Under the pieces are notes generated by a model. That model searched no databases and was not told where the DNA came from. It worked only from the letters and a program-made list of their open reading frames with translations. A program made the position numbers and the translations under genes. A DNA stretch of 64,000 bases from Polyangiales bacterium (GTDB lineage: Bacteria > Myxococcota_A > Polyangia > Polyangiales > Polyangiaceae): assembly GCA_038231275.1 (NCBI GenBank), contig JBBRLQ010000003.1, positions 320,001 through 384,000 on the forward strand, in the 5' to 3' direction. Below are positions 58,147-64,000 of this stretch, piece after piece. Within the stretch, counting starts at the first letter, position 1; each line of letters opens with the position of its first letter.

Positions 58147-59238
58147 TCACGGGTGGAGCACGTAACCGCCGATCACCTCGCCGCCCCACTTTGCGCGCAT
58201 CGCGGCCTTGAACTCGGTGAGCGGAAAGACGTGCGAGACGTACGGACGCAATCGCCCCTCCGCGGCCCACGCGAGCACCTGCCGCAAGCGCGGCGCACGG
58301 AGGCTCGGATCGTTGGCCGTCGCGATCGCCGTCGGGCACCCGAGCACGTCGAGCCCCTTCATCATGATCAGGTTGGTCGGCAGCACGTTCGCGTTGGGAG
58401 CGCCGCGCTGCCCCTTTCCCCGCGCGACGAACGGCGTCGACGCCCAGCCGACGACGAGGAAACGCGCACCGAAGCGCACGCACCGCAGGCTCTCGAGCGA
58501 GATCTCTCCTCCCACGCCATCGTAGACGACGTCGACGCCGCATCCGTCCGTGAGCGCCTTCACGTCGTCGCGGAACGATCCGGTGACGGGAATCACGTGA
58601 TCGGCGCCTTGCGCCTTCACGACCTCGAGCTTCGCGGGAGAACGACCGGTCGCGATCACCGTCGCGCCGACGAGCTTCGCGACCTCCACAGCCGCGAGGC
58701 CGGTGGCGCCAGACGCGCCGTGGATGAGCACGGTCTCGCCGGCCGCGAGCCGACCGCGCGTGACGAGACAGTGGTACGCGGTCTCGTAGCTCCCGAGCAG
58801 CGCCGCCGCCTGATCGAACGAGAGCGCGCCGGGGATCGCGATCGTCGCCTCGACCGGCGCGACCACGTACGACGCGAAGCCGCCCCATGGCTGGTACGCC
58901 CCGCGCGAGCGCGGCCCCGCGACGAAGCCGTCCACGATCACAGCGTCGCCGATCGCTCGCGTCGCGCGCGCCTCGTCGCCCACCCACACCACCTCGCCCG
59001 CCGATTCGATTCCCGGCGTGTACGGCGGCTTCGGCATGTGCTGGTACTGACCGCTCGTCATGAGCAAGTCGACCCACCCCACCGCCGCGCTCTTCACGGC
59101 CACGATCACGTCGCGCGGCCCGAGCGCGGACGGATCGGGCGCATCCATCGCCGCGAGCGCCATGCCGGACTCGATCGCCTCTGGCGGGCTCTCGGCGAAT
59201 TCGGAGACGGTGACGCGGTGACCCGGCGCGAGCGTCAC
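58147..59238 (-). CDS. NADPH:quinone oxidoreductase family (MDR)
   Basis: PYTPGIE, LIHGASGATG, GVDVVYDGVG. Confidence 0.9.
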   Translation of the reverse strand: MTLAPGHRVTVSEFAESPPEAIESGMALAAMDAPDPSALGPRDVIVAVKSAAVGWVDLLMTSGQYQHMPKPPYTPGIESAGEVVWVGDEARATRAIGDAVIVDGFVAGPRSRGAYQPWGGFASYVVAPVEATIAIPGALSFDQAAALLGSYETAYHCLVTRGRLAAGETVLIHGASGATGLAAVEVAKLVGATVIATGRSPAKLEVVKAQGADHVIPVTGSFRDDVKALTDGCGVDVVYDGVGGEISLESLRCVRFGARFLVVGWASTPFVARGKGQRGAPNANVLPTNLIMMKGLDVLGCPTAIATANDPSLRAPRLRQVLAWAAEGRLRPYVSHVFPLTEFKAAMRAKWGGEVIGGYVLHP

Positions 59239-59774
59239 GGCTCACGCGTGATCGCGTAGACGAGCATCTCGCCCGCCGCCGGATCGGTCCGCTTGCCGCT
59301 CACCTTCATGCCGACCTTCTCGAGCACGCGCGCCGACGCCTTGTGCCAGGGCGCCGACGTGGCCTGGATGGTTCGGCACTCCGGCTGCTCGAGCGCCCAC
59401 GCGACGATCGCGCCGAGGGCTTCGGTTCCGTAGCCTTTGTTTTGCGACGTCTCCTCGACGCCGTACGCGATCTCGCAGCGACCTTCGGCGTCGGGCCTGC
59501 CGCGGAAGACGACGCTCCCCACCACGCGGTGCGGCTTCTCTTTCGTCACCATGAGGCGATCGCCCCAGAGGCGCTTTCCGGGATCGGCGTGGATCGCCTC
59601 GAGCGACGCCTTGAACACCTGCTCGAGCAGCGCGCGGCCCGGCCACGCCCACGGCATCTCGGCGCCGACCAGCTCCTCGATGTCGCGCCGCCGTCGGCCG
59701 GCGAGCACGGCGTCGACGATCTCGACCGTGACCGGACGCAGCTCGAGGCGGTCGGTGAGTAGGACGGTGCTCAT
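59235..59774 (-). CDS. GNAT N-acetyltransferase (RimJ/RimL-like)
   Basis: TDRLELRP, EIAYGV..QNKGYGTEA, ASARVLEKVG. Confidence 0.9.
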   Translation of the reverse strand: MSTVLLTDRLELRPVTVEIVDAVLAGRRRRDIEELVGAEMPWAWPGRALLEQVFKASLEAIHADPGKRLWGDRLMVTKEKPHRVVGSVVFRGRPDAEGRCEIAYGVEETSQNKGYGTEALGAIVAWALEQPECRTIQATSAPWHKASARVLEKVGMKVSGKRTDPAAGEMLVYAITREP

Positions 59775-59814
59775 GTCTCCTCCGTCCCGCATTGTGAAGA
59801 AGGACGGAGGAGAC
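59775..59814. other. 13-bp perfect inverted repeat covering the GNAT ribosome-binding site
   Basis: GTCTCCTCCGTCC-N14-GGACGGAGGAGAC. Confidence 0.8.
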
Positions 59815-59837
59815 GTCGAGGGCCGCCTGCGACGGAG

Positions 59838-60560
59838 TCAGGTCGGGCAGCAGTACGTGTCGGGCAGCGGCAGGCTCTGGCAACCGGTCTGCGTGGGCTC
59901 TTTGCCCTGGTTGCACGTGTAGCCCTTCGCGGGCAGCCCCATTCCTTTGCACTGTTGATCAAATGTCGATCCCCGCTGGCAATCGACCGTGGGGGCGACC
60001 CAGCTCGCGCCGTCGCTCGACAGGTTTTGGAGACAGTTGGCGTCGCACGTCACCGAGCTCCCGGAGCAGCCGGCGAACGTCTTGCGCACCGTCACGGTCG
60101 CGCTCTCGCACGCCGTCTCGCACTTGGCGAGCGCGCCGGACACGAGGCACTTGAAGAAGTCGAACGACTCACACCCGCTCTTGCAGTCGGCGAGGTGGTC
60201 TTCGGGGACGCAATACTTTCGCGCCGCGCCGCCGATCGTCTGGCAGTCGTACTGGCTCGGGCAATCGGCCGGCTGCTCGCAGGGCCGCGAGCAGAAGCCG
60301 GAGCCCCCGCGGCTCGAGCTGAAGACGCACGTGTCGGTTCCATTGGTGCAGACCGCGTCGGCGCTGCACTTGAAGCCGAACGTGCCGGGCTCGGGCGACG
60401 CCGCGCCGGAGGAGCCGCTGCTCCCCGAGCTCGAGCCGCCGTCGCCGCCGCTGGTGCCGCTGGTGCCGCTGGTGCCGCTGCTGCCTGCAGGTGGTGAAGA
60501 AGCGGACGAGCAGCCGGCCGCCAGAACGAACAAGAAGAGGAGAGTGAAAGATGTACGCAT
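59838..60560 (-). CDS. Cys-rich lipoprotein
   Basis: LAAGC lipobox, SGT-repeat linker, many paired Cys. Confidence 0.8.
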   Translation of the reverse strand: MRTSFTLLFLFVLAAGCSSASSPPAGSSGTSGTSGTSGGDGGSSSGSSGSSGAASPEPGTFGFKCSADAVCTNGTDTCVFSSSRGGSGFCSRPCEQPADCPSQYDCQTIGGAARKYCVPEDHLADCKSGCESFDFFKCLVSGALAKCETACESATVTVRKTFAGCSGSSVTCDANCLQNLSSDGASWVAPTVDCQRGSTFDQQCKGMGLPAKGYTCNQGKEPTQTGCQSLPLPDTYCCPT

Positions 60561-60680
60561 GGTGTGTGGCCTTGTCTGACCGCGGGCGCGATCACTCATG
60601 GACGCAGCTCGGTCGCCGACGTCACACGAAAAACTCGCGTCGCTTGACGGCGCGTGGCCCCGCGACGAGTGTGCGGCCAC

Positions 60681-61361
60681 ATGGCCACCAAAAATACGGC
60701 GACCCTCCGCGGCGCCAAGCTCATCAAGAAGACTCTGGAATCCGCGAAGCAGAGCATCCTCACGTCCCCTGAGCCTGTCGCCACCGCGAAGAAGCTGAAG
60801 CTCCCCAACGGCGATCCGATTTCCCCCGCGATGAAGGAGCTCCTGGCCTTCGACGGCGAGTGGCTCGGCATCGGCTACGACGAGGACGAGCACGAGGTCG
60901 AGGCGATGTCGCTCGAAGAGATCGTCGAGGAGCACTTCGGCGAGGATGCCGTGCCGGCGTTCGCCGAGGCATGCGAGATGTTCGGGGAGGACTGCGTCGC
61001 GTTCCAGGCCGAGGTCGCGACGCCCGCGTGCCTCTACGTCGGCACGCCCGACGACGCCGGCGAGTACCCGGTCCTCCAGCTCACGTTCCAGGACGGTGTC
61101 GCGAAGATCGGCGGCTTCGTGCCGTTCGACGTGTGGGCGGCGCAGGAGCTCGGCGGCCTCGAGCGCGGCAAAGGCATCGGCGACGTGCCCGCCGCTTACG
61201 CGGAGCTCTGTCAGCCCTTGGCGGACGCGAACGGAGACGGCCGCTTGTCCTTCACGCCGAAGGCGGGCGAGGCCGGCGGCGCGCGCGACAAAGACGACGA
61301 CGACGAAGACGAGGACGAGGACGAAGACAAGGACGAAGACGAAGAGACCGAGAGAGACTGA
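60681..61361 (+). CDS. Hypothetical acidic protein, possibly SUKH/SMI1-like
   Basis: GC3 bias, LPNG...LLAFD, DDAGEYPV, Asp/Glu tail. Confidence 0.65.
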   Translation: MATKNTATLRGAKLIKKTLESAKQSILTSPEPVATAKKLKLPNGDPISPAMKELLAFDGEWLGIGYDEDEHEVEAMSLEEIVEEHFGEDAVPAFAEACEMFGEDCVAFQAEVATPACLYVGTPDDAGEYPVLQLTFQDGVAKIGGFVPFDVWAAQELGGLERGKGIGDVPAAYAELCQPLADANGDGRLSFTPKAGEAGGARDKDDDDEDEDEDEDKDEDEETERD

Positions 61362-61427
61362 CGCGTCACACGCGCCGCACGCGTCGCACCGCCCGCACCC
61401 CCGTCAGTCGTCCGGTCACTCGCCGGG

Positions 61428-61895
61428 TCACATGCCCGTCAGGGGCAGTCGCACGATCACGGCGCGCACGATCTGGATCATGATCCCGAGGGTGAAGAGC
61501 CCTCCGAGGCTGAACGTGATCGTGCGGAACGGCTGCTTCTCGCCCAGGTAGAAGAACGTGTGCGCGATGCGCATGGCGGTGAATCCGCCGAACATGATCC
61601 ACGCCATCTTCGGCGTCGCCCCGAGGAGCACGTAGACGAAGGCGACAAACAGGAACGGGACGATGTTGTCCGTTGCGTTGCGGTGCGCGCGGAGGACACG
61701 CGCGACCTCGGGCGGCGTCTCTGCGCTGACCGCGGCCCCCTTCGCGACGGTGCCCGCGTCTTCCTTGTTCGGCGTCGTCTTGGTCTTCGACCGAACCGCG
61801 CCGCTGTACGCCCAGAGCAGCAGCATGTTGAGCGACAGGGCCACGACGGCCAGGCAGTAGATCAGGAACGACGGATTGGTGACGAAATCGCTCAC
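61428..61895 (-). CDS. MAPEG family membrane protein
   Basis: NKED...RVLRAHRNATDN, RIAHT and four hydrophobic helices. Confidence 0.88.
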   Translation of the reverse strand: MSDFVTNPSFLIYCLAVVALSLNMLLLWAYSGAVRSKTKTTPNKEDAGTVAKGAAVSAETPPEVARVLRAHRNATDNIVPFLFVAFVYVLLGATPKMAWIMFGGFTAMRIAHTFFYLGEKQPFRTITFSLGGLFTLGIMIQIVRAVIVRLPLTGM

Positions 61896-61949
61896 GAGGA
61901 CGCTCCCCCTGTTTGGTGAGGGGAGCGTACTCGCGGACCGTGACCTCGC

Positions 61950-63515
61950 CTACTTCTTCGGATCTGCGGCCGTCGGAGCGGGCGCAGTGGTCGCGGGAGC
62001 CGGGGCCGGCGCCACCTTCGACCACGCGAAGAAGCTGACCGCGTCGCGGCGGTGGGTCTTCTGGAGCTGCTCGCGCGTCGCGGCCGCCCCGGTCTTGTCG
62101 CCAGATTTGTCCTGCGCCTTGGCGCGCTCGAGGCGGCAATAGTCGTCGAGCAGCGCGCATCCGGCGAGTGCGTCGACCGCTGCCTTCGCGTCTCCCTTGG
62201 CGAGCGCCGCCTCGCCGGTCGCGAGCGCGAGGAGGCCCTTCTGGTCCGCGTCCTCGCTCTTGCCGAGGAGCTCCTGCGTCGCCGCGAGCGCCTTGTCGGC
62301 GTCGGTCTTCTTGCCGAGCCGCGACTCCGCGACGAGCTCGTTCACGCGAAGGTACGACTTCAAGGCGATCTTGCGAGGCGCGGGGGCCTCCATCTTGTCG
62401 ATCTTCTCGCCGAGCGTGGCGAGGATCTTGAGGCCGTCGGCCTCTTTCTTCGTCTCGATGGCGACGCTCGCGCGCGTGAGCGTCGCGATGACGCCGGCGG
62501 CCTCGTCCTTCGACTTGGCGACCTCGGCGTCCCACGCATCGAGCGTCTTGGCGGCCTCTGCGGGCTTGCCCTGCGCGACCTGGCCCCAGACGATGTCACG
62601 GAAGGCCACGCCCTTGCCGTCGATCATCGGGGACTGATCGCGCATCTTGCCGAAGGCGTCGAAGGCGCCTGCCCAATCGCCTTTGTATAGGCGCGTCAGG
62701 CCGAGGCCGTCGTAGGCGCCGAGGAATTTCGGGTTGAGATCGATCGCGCGTTTGAACGCGCCCTCCGCCTCGTCGTACTTGCCGCTCATGAGGAGCGCCT
62801 CGGCGAGCGAGTCCTGCGCGTTCGCCTCTTTCGGCGAGAGCTCCGTGTACCGCTTGAAGTGGGCGATCGCGTCGTCCTGCTTGCCGGTATTGAGCTCGTT
62901 GTAGGCCATGTCGTTGTACGGAAGCCCAGAGGTCGGATCGAGCTCTGCGGCCCGCTTGAACGCCACCTGCGCCTCGTCGCGCTTGGCGAACGCGGTCAAC
63001 GCGCGGCCGTACAGGAGGTGCGCGGTCGAGGCACCTGCCGCGACCTCGGTCAGCTTCTTCCCGAGCTCGACGGCCTTCGCGTAGTCGCGCGAGGCGAAGG
63101 CTTGGGCGAGCTGCAAGTGCACGCGCTCCGCCTCGGGGAGCGCGGCGGCCAGTGCGACGGCGTCCGCGATCTTCTTGAGGCCCTCGGCGCCAGGCGTCGA
63201 CGCGCCCTCCATCGCCATCGCCGAGACGAACTTGGCGTCGAGCGCGGTGGCCTTCTTGAACTGATCGCGCGCCTCGTCGGCGTGGGCGTTGAGGAACTCG
63301 TCGAAGCCGAGCTTGTAGGCCTCGAGCGCCTGCGCGTTCGTGCTCGTCACCGGGATCTCCGACGCGATCTTCGCGGCGGCACCTACCGAGCTAATCGTGC
63401 CGGTGCCCACGGGCGTGGCGGCGGTCGCGTTTGCGTTCGGCGCGGGCTTGTTCGCGTCGGGTTTGTCGCAGCCCGCGGCGGCGAGCAAAAGGCTGATCGT
63501 CAGGATCGTTCTCAT
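61950..63515 (-). CDS. TPR lipoprotein
   Basis: AAAGC lipobox; multiple TPRs (FKKATALD, FKRAAELDP, FKRAIDLNP). Confidence 0.85.
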   Translation of the reverse strand: MRTILTISLLLAAAGCDKPDANKPAPNANATAATPVGTGTISSVGAAAKIASEIPVTSTNAQALEAYKLGFDEFLNAHADEARDQFKKATALDAKFVSAMAMEGASTPGAEGLKKIADAVALAAALPEAERVHLQLAQAFASRDYAKAVELGKKLTEVAAGASTAHLLYGRALTAFAKRDEAQVAFKRAAELDPTSGLPYNDMAYNELNTGKQDDAIAHFKRYTELSPKEANAQDSLAEALLMSGKYDEAEGAFKRAIDLNPKFLGAYDGLGLTRLYKGDWAGAFDAFGKMRDQSPMIDGKGVAFRDIVWGQVAQGKPAEAAKTLDAWDAEVAKSKDEAAGVIATLTRASVAIETKKEADGLKILATLGEKIDKMEAPAPRKIALKSYLRVNELVAESRLGKKTDADKALAATQELLGKSEDADQKGLLALATGEAALAKGDAKAAVDALAGCALLDDYCRLERAKAQDKSGDKTGAAATREQLQKTHRRDAVSFFAWSKVAPAPAPATTAPAPTAADPKK

Positions 63516-63631
63516 GATGATGGTCCCCCTTTCGGAACCGCGGAGCATAAGGAGGCCACGTCGCGAAACGCAACGGTCGCAGCGACAGGCCCACACGACG
63601 CGTCGATTGGACTATCTATTGGGGGAAATCG

Positions 63632-64000
63632 ATGAACGGCCCGCCCCATCGCAGCATCCTCGATCACATCGGCCGCACGCCGCTCGTCCCGCTCGAGAGG
63701 ATCGGACGCGGGCTGCCGGTCCCCGTGCTCGTGAAGTGCGAGCACCTGAATCCCGGCGGCAGCGTGAAGGATCGGCTGGCGCTCGCGATCGTCGACGACG
63801 CGGAGAAGCGCGGCGTGCTCCGTCCCGGCGCCACGCTCGTCGAGGCCACCGCGGGCAACACGGGGATGGGCCTCGCGATGATCGCCGCCGTCCGCGGGTA
63901 CCGGCTCGTGTGCGTGATGCCGGAAAAAATGTCGACGGACAAGCGTACGGCGCTCGCCGCGCTCGGCGCCAAGGTCATCATCACGAAGAATGCGTCGCCA
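63632..64000 (+). CDS. PLP-dependent cysteine synthase / cystathionine beta-synthase family (5' part)
   Basis: Manual translation: IGRTPLV..KCEHLNPGGSVKDR..EATAGNTG. Confidence 0.92.
   Translation, partial: MNGPPHRSILDHIGRTPLVPLERIGRGLPVPVLVKCEHLNPGGSVKDRLALAIVDDAEKRGVLRPGATLVEATAGNTGMGLAMIAAVRGYRLVCVMPEKMSTDKRTALAALGAKVIITKNASP

Noticed and set aside
61362-61440. Degenerate 9-12 bp repeats between convergent genes
   Set aside because: Short, irregular low-complexity sequence with no clear structure.

Overview
GC-rich (roughly 70% by eye), gene-dense bacterial chromosome segment. The gene content (Ser/Thr kinases, TPR/PEGA, RCC1 and Cys-rich lipoproteins with DAG/DGG linkers, sigma-54 activator) suggests a myxobacterium of the Polyangia/Sorangiineae type (inference). 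No rRNA, tRNA, CRISPR array or transposase was seen. Main blocks: (1) 1-8.4 kb, an elb-type ether-lipid operon: HAD hydrolase, LarA-fold protein, reductase-acyl-CoA ligase-ACP-acyltransferase megaenzyme with an extra SCP2-like tail, epimerase and lipid kinase. (2) 19.9-44.3 kb, a dispersed Srf-type system all on the + strand: Hsp70/actin-fold SrfB followed directly by a GrpE-like ORF, an SrfA-like membrane protein, and the P-loop SrfC coupled to a Sel1 membrane protein. These parts are separated by (a) a cassette bracketed by two paralogous ECF sigma factors with a kinase-FGE fusion and a clostripain homolog lacking the catalytic His, and (b) a potassium island (kdpD, porin, PAS, CPA2 antiporter, kdpE, kup; no kdpFABC). 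The island carries three KdpE-type direct-repeat boxes, one of which points at an unannotated small membrane ORF. (3) 46-64 kb, a kinase, a sigma-54-driven diheme lipoprotein with a divergent activator, a HrpB-like helicase and assorted enzymes and lipoproteins. All family calls come from motif recognition by eye; no database search was run. Start codons were re-picked by eye where the ORF track over-extends.
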